This document shows, one piece after another, positions 1-9,096 of a DNA stretch of 64,000 nucleotides. Numbering within the stretch: position 1 is the first letter of the stretch; each line of letters begins with the position of its first letter. This DNA is from Halodesulfurarchaeum sp. GTDB lineage: Archaea > Halobacteriota > Halobacteria > Halobacteriales > Halobacteriaceae. Below the pieces are notes generated by a model. That model had not been told where the DNA came from and did not search any database. It was given only the letters and a program-made list of their open reading frames with translations. The stretch is taken from NCBI GenBank assembly GCA_042216015.1, contig JBDGUI010000007.1, forward strand, positions 33,652-97,651, in the 5' to 3' direction. A program made the translations under genes and the position numbers.

Positions 1-205
1 AGCAGAGAGAGCGACGCCTGTGGGGACCGGCCCTGCTGGGCGCTCACGGCCACCCCCCTCCGCCGAAGACGCTCCTCGATCGAGGCCGATGTCGTCTCGG
101 GGTCGGATCCATCTTCGCCCGGGTCCCAGGTTGAGCCCCCAGGTTCTTTAGTCCATCCCGATCCGGTCCGGCACGTTCAAGGCCGACCCCCGTGTGTGCC
201 CTGGT

Positions 206-1369
206 ATGACACGCAGCGTCTGGCTCAAGGCCGACGACGAGGTCGGCGACTGGGAGTCACGGAAGCGCCGGATCACCGCCGGTCTCGAGGCCGGGGTCGA
301 CTGGATTCTCGTCGACGAATGGGACGTCGAACGGGTCCGGGAACTGGGAGACGTCAACGTGGCGGCCTTCGTCACGAACGACGTCGACGTGATCGGAGAG
401 CAGGCCGAGGACCTCGGGCAGGCCGACCGCTACATCGTCGGGAAGGACGGAGAGGGCGACGGCACGATCGAACTTCCAGGGGACTTCTCGGGCAGCGCTG
501 ACCTCTCGACGCTCCGTCGGGACGGCGCTGACGGGGCCTACGTGCGGATCTTCGGTCCGGGCTACGAGGAGTTCGCCAGCGAGGCCGCCACGGAGGCCTC
601 ACACACCATCGTGGTCGGCGAGGACTGGCAGATCATTCCCCTCGAGAACCTCATCGCCCGGATCGGGGAGGAAACCGACCTCATCGCCGGCGTCACCACC
701 CCGGAGGAGGCCGAGACGGCCTTCGAGACCCTCGAGTTGGGTGCGGACGGCGTGCTTCTGGATACGGACGATCCGGACGAGATCCGGCAAACGGTGGCCG
801 TCAGGGACGACATCGACCGGGAGCACCTCGATCTCGAGTACGCCGAGGTCACGACCATCGAACCGGCTGGGAGTGCCGACCGAGTCTGTGTGGACACTGG
901 CAGCCTCTTCGACCACGACGAGGGCATGCTGATCGGCAGCATGTCACGTGGGCTCTTCTTCGTTCACGCCGAAACCGCCGACTCGCCGTACGTGGCCTCC
1001 CGCCCCTTCAGGGTCAATGCGGGTGCGGTCCATGCCTACGCCCGACTGCCGGATGGCTCGACGACCTACCTCTCGGAGATCGGGAGCGGGGACGAGGTCC
1101 AGGTCGTCGACACGGCGGGTCACACTCGCGAGGCGGTCGTGGGCCGGGCGAAAATCGAGCGCCGGCCGATGTTCCGGTTGCAGGCAGAGACCGAGGACGG
1201 TGATCTCATCGAGACGCTCATCCAGAACGCGGAGACGATCAAGGTTCAGGCCAAGTCGGGTCGGAAGGCCGTGACGGATCTCGAAGCGGGCGATGCGGTA
1301 CTGGTCTACACCCAGCCCGGTGGCCGGCACTTCGGCGAGTCCATCGACGAACGAATCATCGAGAAGTAG
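206..1369 (+). CDS. 3-dehydroquinate synthase II (archaeal-type)
   Basis: Motifs WQIIPLENLIA, DRVCVDT, SRPFRVNAGAVHAY and GRAKIERRPM; ATG at 206 preferred over GTG at 194; aroD nearby. Confidence 0.93.
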   Translation: MTRSVWLKADDEVGDWESRKRRITAGLEAGVDWILVDEWDVERVRELGDVNVAAFVTNDVDVIGEQAEDLGQADRYIVGKDGEGDGTIELPGDFSGSADLSTLRRDGADGAYVRIFGPGYEEFASEAATEASHTIVVGEDWQIIPLENLIARIGEETDLIAGVTTPEEAETAFETLELGADGVLLDTDDPDEIRQTVAVRDDIDREHLDLEYAEVTTIEPAGSADRVCVDTGSLFDHDEGMLIGSMSRGLFFVHAETADSPYVASRPFRVNAGAVHAYARLPDGSTTYLSEIGSGDEVQVVDTAGHTREAVVGRAKIERRPMFRLQAETEDGDLIETLIQNAETIKVQAKSGRKAVTDLEAGDAVLVYTQPGGRHFGESIDERIIEK

Positions 1370-1379
1370 GCCGACCGTC

Positions 1380-1838
1380 CTACCGTCGAACGGTGCGTTC
1401 GGACTCGGTTTCGTCCCTGTCGAGGCGGGTGGTACACCAGGGACAGAAGTCCAGATCCTCGTCGAGTTCCTTCCCGCACTCCGGGCAGGTGCCTGCCGCG
1501 GTCTCCGTCCCGACCTCGGTCGCTGACTGCTGAAGCCCGGTGAGGTAGGCGTCGATGGCGTTCAGCACCCGGACCACGGCCATGCTCAGGATGACGTCCA
1601 TGGGCAAGTGCTGGCTCGCCTCGATCAGTCCGGAAAGGCCATTGGCCTCGTAGGCTGCATAGGCCGATTCCGGCATCACCATCGCCGCCGCGATGAGTGC
1701 GACGACGAACCACGCGATGGCCCGCAGCCACGCCCGGAGATAGAGGTGACCCAACCCCGGGTACACGAGTGCCAAAACCGAGGCGATCAGCGACCGTCGC
1801 GTGAACCAGGTCCGCTGCACGGGCAAAATTCGGGACAT
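1380..1838 (-). CDS. Membrane protein with C-terminal zinc ribbon
   Basis: PGLGHLY motif and about 3 hydrophobic segments, then CPECG...CPWC. Confidence 0.8.
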   Translation of the reverse strand: MSRILPVQRTWFTRRSLIASVLALVYPGLGHLYLRAWLRAIAWFVVALIAAAMVMPESAYAAYEANGLSGLIEASQHLPMDVILSMAVVRVLNAIDAYLTGLQQSATEVGTETAAGTCPECGKELDEDLDFCPWCTTRLDRDETESERTVRR

Positions 1839-1844
1839 CGACGG

Positions 1845-2558
1845 TTAAGTCTTTAAATCCGATCCGTCCCGCACGCCGAACGTCTCGAGCAGCGAGGCCA
1901 GCGTCTCGAGGTCGAACTGGCCCGGCGCCGTCGCGTCCGTCGCCTCGAGCGGGGCGTACCCGAGCTTCGAGCCATAGAGCGGTGAAACCGCCCGGGTATG
2001 GGCCCCGATTTCACCCATACCCATCGTCGCGACCGTCTTTCCCTCCCGGGTCAGGTCGTGGGTCGCCTGCAGCAGTTCCAGGACCGCCTCGTGGGTTTTG
2101 GGGGTCACGGCGAGTTTTGCGATCGAGCCGAACTGACAGCCCCGATGGGCGAAGTCGACGAGCGTCCGACGCGATGGACCCCGGTCGAAGTCGTGGACCG
2201 AGACCACGACGGAACGGCCCGACTCGCGGGCCGCATCGAGCACCGGGCTCATGTCCGTGATCTGCCCGGTCCCCTCGAGGGCCCGGAGTTCCAGATCGAT
2301 GCCCGTGACTGCCGGCATCGAAAGGGCGTCGAGCAGTTCCTCGCGGCGGTCTGTTCCGTCCGCCCGGTTCCCGCCCTCCCACTCCGGTCGGTTCGTGACC
2401 AGGATCTCGAGTTCACCGTCGTATCGCTCCAGTTCCGCGAGGGGATCCGCTGCAAGGTCCATCCGGAACTCGAGGAGGTCGGCGTGGGGGCGGGCTCGCG
2501 GCTCGGATTCGAGAGTGTTCGTCGAGGCCGCGAGTCGGAACGATTCGAAGTCGATCAT
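1845..2558 (-). CDS. aroD: 3-dehydroquinate dehydratase type I
   Basis: EFRMD, NRPEWEGG, VSVHDF (His), AKLAV (Schiff-base Lys), MGMGEIG. Confidence 0.92.
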   Translation of the reverse strand: MIDFESFRLAASTNTLESEPRARPHADLLEFRMDLAADPLAELERYDGELEILVTNRPEWEGGNRADGTDRREELLDALSMPAVTGIDLELRALEGTGQITDMSPVLDAARESGRSVVVSVHDFDRGPSRRTLVDFAHRGCQFGSIAKLAVTPKTHEAVLELLQATHDLTREGKTVATMGMGEIGAHTRAVSPLYGSKLGYAPLEATDATAPGQFDLETLASLLETFGVRDGSDLKT

Positions 2559-2562
2559 GTCC

Positions 2563-3513
2563 TCAGACCGGAATCGAGTCCTCGGCCTCGAGCAGTTCGT
2601 GATAGCGGTTTCGGATGGTCACCTCGGAGATGTCCGCGACCTCGCTCACGTTCGCCTGGGTGGTCTTCTCGTTGGTCAGGAGGGCGGCGGCGTAGACGGC
2701 CGCGGCGGCGAGACCGACCGGACTCTTGCCGCTGTGAACCCCCTTCTGCTTGGCGTTCTCGAGCAGTTCACGAGCGCGGTGCTGGGCCTCGTCGCTCAAC
2801 TCGAGCGAGGAGGCAAACCGCGGGACGTAACTCGCGGGATCTGCCGGCCTGACCTCGAGGCCGAGTTCCCGGATCACGTAACGATAGGTGCGGGCGATCT
2901 CGTCCTTCTCGACCCGACTGACGTCGTTGATTTCATCGAGACTTCGGGGAACGCCGGCCTGTCGAGCGGCGGCGTAGACACAGGAGGTGGCGACCCCCTC
3001 GATCGACCGTCCCGGAAGCAGGTCCTCCTCGAGCGCCCGGCGGTAGATGACCGAGGCCGTCTCCCGGACGTTATCGGGCAGTCCGAGGGCACTGGCCATC
3101 CGGTCGATCTCGCCGAGGGCCTGTTTCAGGTTGCGCTCCTTGGCGTCGCGGGTGCGAAACCGCTCGTTCCATTTCCGCAGGCGCTGCATCTTCTGGCGCT
3201 GGCGGGAGCCAAGCGAGTTCCCGTAGGCGTCCTTGTTGCGCCAGTCGATGTTCGTCGAGAGCCCCTTGTCGTGCATCGTGTTCGTGGTGGGCGCGCCGAC
3301 CCGGGACTTCTCGTCTTTCTCCTGGGAGTCGAAGGCTCGCCACTCGGGCCCGCGATCGATTCCCTCCTCCTCGACGACCAGCCCACAGTCCGCACACACC
3401 TTCTCGCTGTGCTCCTCGTCGTGGACGACGAGGCCCCCACACTCCGGGCAGCCGTCCGTTCGTTCCGTCTCGGTCTCTTCGGTTTCCCGCGATCTGAGAG
3501 TTGCGTTTGACAT
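2563..3513 (-). CDS. tfb: Transcription initiation factor IIB
   Basis: Zn ribbon CPECGG...CADCG, GPEWRAF B-reader, two cyclin repeats; ATG at 3513. Confidence 0.97.
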   Translation of the reverse strand: MSNATLRSRETEETETERTDGCPECGGLVVHDEEHSEKVCADCGLVVEEEGIDRGPEWRAFDSQEKDEKSRVGAPTTNTMHDKGLSTNIDWRNKDAYGNSLGSRQRQKMQRLRKWNERFRTRDAKERNLKQALGEIDRMASALGLPDNVRETASVIYRRALEEDLLPGRSIEGVATSCVYAAARQAGVPRSLDEINDVSRVEKDEIARTYRYVIRELGLEVRPADPASYVPRFASSLELSDEAQHRARELLENAKQKGVHSGKSPVGLAAAAVYAAALLTNEKTTQANVSEVADISEVTIRNRYHELLEAEDSIPV

Positions 3514-3699
3514 ATGTGTAATCCGTTCGAGCGATGATTCGGTGGCCAATCGGTTTCGACAAAACGAACTTAACTGTTTGGTTATCGTTTCGTAAAACAC
3601 CCGCCCTCGTTCGGACAGCCTTCGAATTTCCTCGACCTGTGGGAATTTTACACGAAATCGGGGCGAAACACTGATTGGCCGGACACCGAACTCTCCCGC

Positions 3700-4215
3700 A
3701 TGCGCGTCGCCGTCGGCAGCACGAACCCGGTCAAACACGCCGCGACCTGCGGGGCGTTCGGTGAGCTGGCCACGACCATTGACTCCGTGGCGGTCGAATC
3801 GGGCGTGTCCGAACAGCCACGATCGACCGCCGAAACCATCGAGGGGGCGAAAAACCGGGCCCGGCGGGCCCGCGCCGCAGGAACCTACGACCTGGGCGTG
3901 GGAATCGAAGGTGGCGTCGCCACGATCGACGGGGTGGAGGGTCAGTTTTTGACCATGTGGACCGCAATCGACGATGGATCACAATGCACACTCGGCTCGG
4001 GTCCACGGCTGTGCCTCCCCGAATCGATCGCCACGGAAATCGTGGACGGGGCCGAACTCGGTCCCCTGTTGGACGAATTGCTCGACAGGGATGGAGTCAA
4101 GGAGGCCGCAGGGGCGGTGGGCGTGTTCACCGAAGGAGCGATCGACCGCGAGGACGCCCTGCGAAACGCCGTTGCCGTGGCCCTCGGGCCGATGATTTCC
4201 GAGCACTACGACTGA
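3700..4215 (+). CDS. Inosine/xanthosine triphosphatase (YjjX/DUF84 family)
   Basis: VGSTNPVK, SGVSEQP, GAKNRA, GIEGG motifs. Confidence 0.9.
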   Translation: MRVAVGSTNPVKHAATCGAFGELATTIDSVAVESGVSEQPRSTAETIEGAKNRARRARAAGTYDLGVGIEGGVATIDGVEGQFLTMWTAIDDGSQCTLGSGPRLCLPESIATEIVDGAELGPLLDELLDRDGVKEAAGAVGVFTEGAIDREDALRNAVAVALGPMISEHYD

Positions 4216-4239
4216 GCGGGCAATCGGTATTCCGGCAGA

Positions 4240-6078
4240 TCAGGACTGCTCCACGGGATCTGGCTGTTCGTCGATGTCCGCAGATCCCTCGATGGCCTCG
4301 GTTAGCGAGACGTTGAGGAGGACCATGGAGCCGGCCCCGCCGATCACCGTGATGGCGTTTTTCACCCCGTGATCGACGATGGCCACTCCCAGGGAAACCG
4401 CCGGTGCGATGGGGGTCATCGCCATGACGAGCACCGTGAACGCCCCCTCGTACAGTCCGATCCCGCCCGGGGAGAGCGGGAGGACCTTGGCGAGGTTCCC
4501 CACGCTCACCGCGAAGAAACTCACCGCGACCAGCAGGAAAGGCGGGACCGAGACCCCGAAGGCCAGGAACACGAGTAGCGCCGTGAGGACGTCGATCACC
4601 CAGATGGCCAGGCTGGCGATCCCCACCCGCGTGAATGCGCGAGGTTCGGCTGCCACCCGCTGGACGTCCGCGACGAACCGCTCGAGGGTCGTCGCGACGA
4701 ACTCGACGTAGGAGTCCTCGGTGGTCCACTCTACCAGGGCCCTGATGCGGTTGCGGTCCGATCTGGCCGAGAGGACGATCAGGAGGACGGCACCGATCGC
4801 CGTCGCTCCGACGGCACTCGCCACGATGACGGCCCTTTGGGCGCTCTCCTGCTGGGGGCCGGAGAGACCCACCCCCTCGAAGAGCGTTCGGCTCAACGAC
4901 TCGACCTGTTCCGGAGCCAGTGCCGCCATTCCCAGTAGCACTCCACCGGCGAGGAGCGTGATCGTGAGCAGGTCGAAGACCCGCTCGACGGCCAGGGACG
5001 CGAAGCCGGTCGTGTAGGGGACGGCTCTGCGGGCCTTGACGACGTAGGCACGGACCGCATCACCCGCTCGTGCAGGGAACACGAGGTTGCCGGTCTGGCT
5101 GATAAAAATCGCCCCCATGAGAAACCCCGCTCGCTCCCGATATCCAAGCCGGGAGAGGATGTCCGCGTACCGAAAGCCACGAATGGGCCAGGAGAGCACG
5201 TAGACCCCTGCTGCGAGGGCGATCATCGCTGGGTCAGCCCGCAGCATTTTCGCCAGGACGGTCCTCGGGTCGAGGTATTCGAACATCAGGGCAATCGCGA
5301 GTCCTGAGAGCAGGAGCCCGGCGACCATTCCCGTCCGGCGATTCGCGTATGGTCGAACCCGAAGTTCCCAGGCGGTTCGGAGGATCTGGCTGCCCATCCC
5401 GAACACGTCCCTGACGAGATCGACCTTCGAATCCCCCTTCGGCGTCCAGTCGACCGCGAACTCTTTCACCCTGAAGCCCCGTCGCTGGGCCTTCACGAGC
5501 ATCTCCGTGTCCCAGAACCAGTGGGTATCCTTCACGACTGGCCGGAGTTCCTCGAAGGCCGCCCGACTGAACGCCTTGAAGCCGGCCTGGTGGTCTCTGA
5601 GTTCCGAACCCAGCAGGGTCCGGACGAGGAAGTTGAACCCCCGGCTCGAGATGGCCCGCTTGGCCGGCCGATCGGCCTCCTCGCCCGGCATCCAGCGCGA
5701 GCCAGTCGCGACGTCGTACTCCCCGGAACGGACGCTCTCGACGAGCTCCGCGAGGTGGGACATGTCCGTCGCGAGGTCCGTATCGAAGTAGGCGAGGGTA
5801 TCCCCGTCGGCGGCATCGAACGCCCGATTCAGGGCCTCGCCGCGACCGAGCCGTTCGTCGCTATGGAAGTGGCGAACCCGTTCGTCTGCGGCAGCGAGTC
5901 GGTCTGCGATCTCGGGGGTTCGATCGGTACAGCCGTCCTCTGCGACGATCACCTCGAACACGCCTTCCGGGAGAAACCCATCGAGCGTTTCGAGCGCCAC
6001 GTCGACCGTCGACTCGATGGTCGCCTCCTCGTTGTACGCCGGGAGGACGACGCTCACCTCGACGGCCGACCGGTGCAT
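4240..6078 (-). CDS. aglD: GT2 glycosyltransferase fused to a flippase-like/LPG-synthase TM domain (AglD-like dolichyl-phosphate glycosyltransferase)
   Basis: VVLPAYNEE, EDG, DTD, DHQAGFKAF and WFWDTE, followed by a multi-TM domain with PARAGD and PGGIGLYE; ATG at 6078. Confidence 0.82.
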   Translation of the reverse strand: MHRSAVEVSVVLPAYNEEATIESTVDVALETLDGFLPEGVFEVIVAEDGCTDRTPEIADRLAAADERVRHFHSDERLGRGEALNRAFDAADGDTLAYFDTDLATDMSHLAELVESVRSGEYDVATGSRWMPGEEADRPAKRAISSRGFNFLVRTLLGSELRDHQAGFKAFSRAAFEELRPVVKDTHWFWDTEMLVKAQRRGFRVKEFAVDWTPKGDSKVDLVRDVFGMGSQILRTAWELRVRPYANRRTGMVAGLLLSGLAIALMFEYLDPRTVLAKMLRADPAMIALAAGVYVLSWPIRGFRYADILSRLGYRERAGFLMGAIFISQTGNLVFPARAGDAVRAYVVKARRAVPYTTGFASLAVERVFDLLTITLLAGGVLLGMAALAPEQVESLSRTLFEGVGLSGPQQESAQRAVIVASAVGATAIGAVLLIVLSARSDRNRIRALVEWTTEDSYVEFVATTLERFVADVQRVAAEPRAFTRVGIASLAIWVIDVLTALLVFLAFGVSVPPFLLVAVSFFAVSVGNLAKVLPLSPGGIGLYEGAFTVLVMAMTPIAPAVSLGVAIVDHGVKNAITVIGGAGSMVLLNVSLTEAIEGSADIDEQPDPVEQS

Positions 6079-6224
6079 GTTTCGGTGCTCGGGGAGGCCG
6101 CGATAAGAACTTTCTGAACCTCGCCACACGTGCAGCCGGCTCGAACGTTTCACGTCTGTCGGCGGTCCCGAAATTAATCCTTCGTACCAAACCGGCTTTT
6201 GTTCCTGCTCCCCATGGTTCGATC

Positions 6225-6473
6225 ATGGGAGCTTCGGCGGCCGAACTGAACCAGGACGGACTGACGCCGAAACAGCGTCGCATTCTCAGCTATCTTCGCG
6301 AGCGGGTTCCAGCGGAGACGTACTTCAAGTCCCGTCTCATCGGCGAGGAACTGGACCTCTCGGCAAAGGAGGTCGGCTCGAACATGCGCGCCATCGCCGG
6401 GGCCGAACACGGACTCGAGATCGAACGCTGGGGCTATTCCTCCTCGACGACGTGGCAGGTCACCACCGCCTGA
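6225..6473 (+). CDS. Small winged-helix-like protein (conserved haloarchaeal type)
   Basis: YFKSRLIGEELDLSAKEVG HTH-like segment; ends WGYSSSTTWQV. Confidence 0.78.
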   Translation: MGASAAELNQDGLTPKQRRILSYLRERVPAETYFKSRLIGEELDLSAKEVGSNMRAIAGAEHGLEIERWGYSSSTTWQVTTA

Positions 6474-6477
6474 GTTG

Positions 6478-7080
6478 TCACGGATCGTAGCTGAAGAGCG
6501 TCTCCGCCCGGGTCGCAAACGATCGTGTCTCCCTGTCGAAGGACGTGGCATACCGGAGCAGAAGGGAGATGACCGTCTCCGGATTGTTCACGCGATAGCC
6601 GTTCTGTCGTTCGAGGAGCCCCTCTTCGGCCATCTCAGCCGCGTATGTGCTGATCGTTGCTGGCGAGACACCGATCGTTTCGGCGAGGGCCGCCCCGGTG
6701 AGCGTCGGGTCCTCGAGGAGCGCGAGGAGCATGGCTCGTGGGGTCTCCCGTCTGAGATATCCGAGGGCCCGCTTTTCGAACCGGGAGAACCCTCCAGCCG
6801 GGACGTAGCGCTTGTAGTCCCCATCCCGCCACATCTCGAGGTCGCCCTCTGACGTGAGCCGTCGCAGGTGATACTGCGTCTCACCCGTCGCGAGCCTGAG
6901 ATCGTCTCTGATCTTCGAGAAGTGGGCACCGGGCGTGGTCTCGACGTATCCCACAATGGCCTCGCGGGCGTCGCTATCGCTCTCGGCACTTTCGCCCTCG
7001 GCGAGCCCCAACAAGGGACTTCCCGCTCCGATGGCGGCGAATTTCCGAAGCGTCGTCCGTTTCTCCTCGTCGATTGTCAC
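6478..7080 (-). CDS. Tandem winged-helix transcriptional regulator
   Basis: PGAHFSKIRDDL...GETQYHL and a second HTH LAETIGVSPATIS; follows the SPFH gene by 7 nt. Confidence 0.85.
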   Translation of the reverse strand: MTIDEEKRTTLRKFAAIGAGSPLLGLAEGESAESDSDAREAIVGYVETTPGAHFSKIRDDLRLATGETQYHLRRLTSEGDLEMWRDGDYKRYVPAGGFSRFEKRALGYLRRETPRAMLLALLEDPTLTGAALAETIGVSPATISTYAAEMAEEGLLERQNGYRVNNPETVISLLLRYATSFDRETRSFATRAETLFSYDP

Positions 7081-7087
7081 GGTCTCC

Positions 7088-8191
7088 TCAGTTGGTCTCC
7101 TCCTCGAGTTCGGCGTCCATTTCCTCGATGACTTCCTCGGCCGGCTTGATCGAGCCGGTTCCCTGACTGAGATCTCCCTCCTCCACGTTCATGGGTGCAC
7201 CGATCTCGTCCAGGATCTCCTCGATGTTGTCGAGCCCGAGCAGTTCTCGGGTCTCCTCGTCGAATTCGAGGCTGTCGAGCCCCTCGGTGGGCTCGGACAC
7301 GTCGCTGTCGGTCAGCTGCTTGCCATACCGCCCCAGCAGTGAGGTGAGTTCCTGTGGGAGGACGAAGGTGGTGCTATCTGCCTCGCCGATGACCTCGAGG
7401 GCCTCGAGCCCCCGCTCGATCACGGCCCGCTCGCCCATGGACTCCGCAGAGCGAGCCCGCAGGACCGTGGAAACCGCATCCCCCTGGGCCTCGAGGATCT
7501 GTGACTGCTTTTCTCCCTGCGCACGGATGATGTTCGAGCGCTTCTCCCCCTCGGCGCGCTCGATTGCGGACTGACGCTCCCCCTGGGCCTCGAGGATCAT
7601 GGCCCGGCGCTTGCGCTCCGCGGAGGTCTGCTGCTCCATCGCCTGCTGGACGTCCTTCGAGGGGTTGACCTCCCGGACCTCGACGGACTCGACCCGGATG
7701 CCCCACTCGTCCGTGGGTTCGTCGAGTTCCTTCCGGATGCGGGCGTTGATCTCCTGGCGCTTGTTGAGCGTATCGTCGAGTTCCATGTCGCCGATGACGG
7801 CCCGGAGCGTGGTCTGGGCGAGGTTCGAGACCGCCCGCTTGTAGTCGTCCACCTCGAGGAAGGCCCGCTTCGCGTTCATCACGCGGATGTAGACGACGGC
7901 GTCGGCAGTCACCGGCGAGTTGTCCCGGGTGATGGCCTCCTGACGCGGGACGTCGATCGTCTGGGTCCGCATATCGAAGATGTACGTGCGGGAGACGAAC
8001 GGGGGGATGAAGTTGATCCCCGGCTCGAGCAGTCCCCTGAACTCCCCGAAAACGGTCAGGGCTTCCTTCTCGTACGCGTCCACGATCTCCACGGCCTGGT
8101 AGACGGCCACGACGAGGAGGATCAGCACCAGCAATCCGACCAGCGTCAGGGACGACACGTTCGGGACCGATTGCAGGGGGAGGAATGGCAT
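7088..8191 (-). CDS. SPFH/band 7 stomatin-like protein
   Basis: N-terminal TM, QEAITRDN, AQTTLRAVIG, WGIRVESVEV, coiled coil with AQGE repeats. Confidence 0.93.
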   Translation of the reverse strand: MPFLPLQSVPNVSSLTLVGLLVLILLVVAVYQAVEIVDAYEKEALTVFGEFRGLLEPGINFIPPFVSRTYIFDMRTQTIDVPRQEAITRDNSPVTADAVVYIRVMNAKRAFLEVDDYKRAVSNLAQTTLRAVIGDMELDDTLNKRQEINARIRKELDEPTDEWGIRVESVEVREVNPSKDVQQAMEQQTSAERKRRAMILEAQGERQSAIERAEGEKRSNIIRAQGEKQSQILEAQGDAVSTVLRARSAESMGERAVIERGLEALEVIGEADSTTFVLPQELTSLLGRYGKQLTDSDVSEPTEGLDSLEFDEETRELLGLDNIEEILDEIGAPMNVEEGDLSQGTGSIKPAEEVIEEMDAELEEETN

Positions 8192-8268
8192 ACGATGACT
8201 AGGCGCCGATCACTGATAAAGGTCCGCCAGCCGGTCACACTCGCCCCGCTTTGGTGGGTCGCAAGCCG

Positions 8269-8862
8269 CTATTCCCTCCTTTCGGGGGCTGACTCGGGTT
8301 CGGCTCGTCCCTCGTGAGCGGACTCGTGCTCGACTCGCCCCTCTTCGTCGGCGGCCCGCTCGAGCTCCCGTTCGAGTTCCCGGTCGATCTCGTCTGCCTC
8401 GCCGATCGCCTCGACCCTCAGGACGTTCCCCCCGCCCGGATCGACCACGATTACCGGGGTCCCTTCGGGGATCTCGCCCTCGACGCTCCGGGCGGCATAG
8501 GTGGGATCGAAGCCCCCCGATTCGATCTTCACCCGTCCCGATCGGGGAGTGACCCGCTCGAGGACGTAGCCCTGTTGGCCGACGAGTTCGGCGGACCCCT
8601 CCGTCTTTCCCCGGTCCGTTCCGGCGTAGAACTCGAAGTGCCGGTAGAGGTATAACGACCCCGCACCTGCGAGCAGAACGGTGAGTCCCAGCACGAGCGG
8701 CGTCGCCAGGGCGGGAACGAGCACGCCGAGCACCCCGGCTGCCAGCAGGGCCACCCCGAGAACGATGAAGTGGGCCCCGGGCGCAAAGCCCTCCAGAACG
8801 GTAAGGAGAAGTCCGGACACGAGGAGGAGTGTGCTCAGCGACTGGCCGAGGAGCGATACCAT
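8269..8862 (-). CDS. NfeD family membrane protein
   Basis: TM segments plus OB-fold tail (GRVKI...YAARS...GGGNVLRVE); canonical stomatin partner. Confidence 0.87.
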   Translation of the reverse strand: MVSLLGQSLSTLLLVSGLLLTVLEGFAPGAHFIVLGVALLAAGVLGVLVPALATPLVLGLTVLLAGAGSLYLYRHFEFYAGTDRGKTEGSAELVGQQGYVLERVTPRSGRVKIESGGFDPTYAARSVEGEIPEGTPVIVVDPGGGNVLRVEAIGEADEIDRELERELERAADEEGRVEHESAHEGRAEPESAPERRE

Positions 8863-8943
8863 GGCACACCATTCGGGCCCGGCGGGGAAAACCGTTACCC
8901 GGAACGCGTGGATTGCCGGATCTCCCGATCGAATGGGGCCCGT

Positions 8944-9096
8944 TCAGAGACTGATGAGTAGCAGCGCGATCGCGAGTCCGACGCCGAACAGGAAGGGGAG
9001 GACGTTCTCGAGCCGGGGGGTCCCCGGTTCGATTTTCGGCTCCTCGGGGTCTGCCTCGGGACCGACCTCGTCGAGGTCGAATTTCCAGTCGCTCAT
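8944..9096 (-). CDS. Small membrane protein, 50 aa (MSDWKFDLDEVG...LLISL)
   Basis: Read manually, below the ORF-track cutoff; ATG overlaps the pyk stop (ATGA); acidic N-terminus and C-terminal hydrophobic helix. Confidence 0.75.
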   Translation of the reverse strand: MSDWKFDLDEVGPEADPEEPKIEPGTPRLENVLPFLFGVGLAIALLLISL

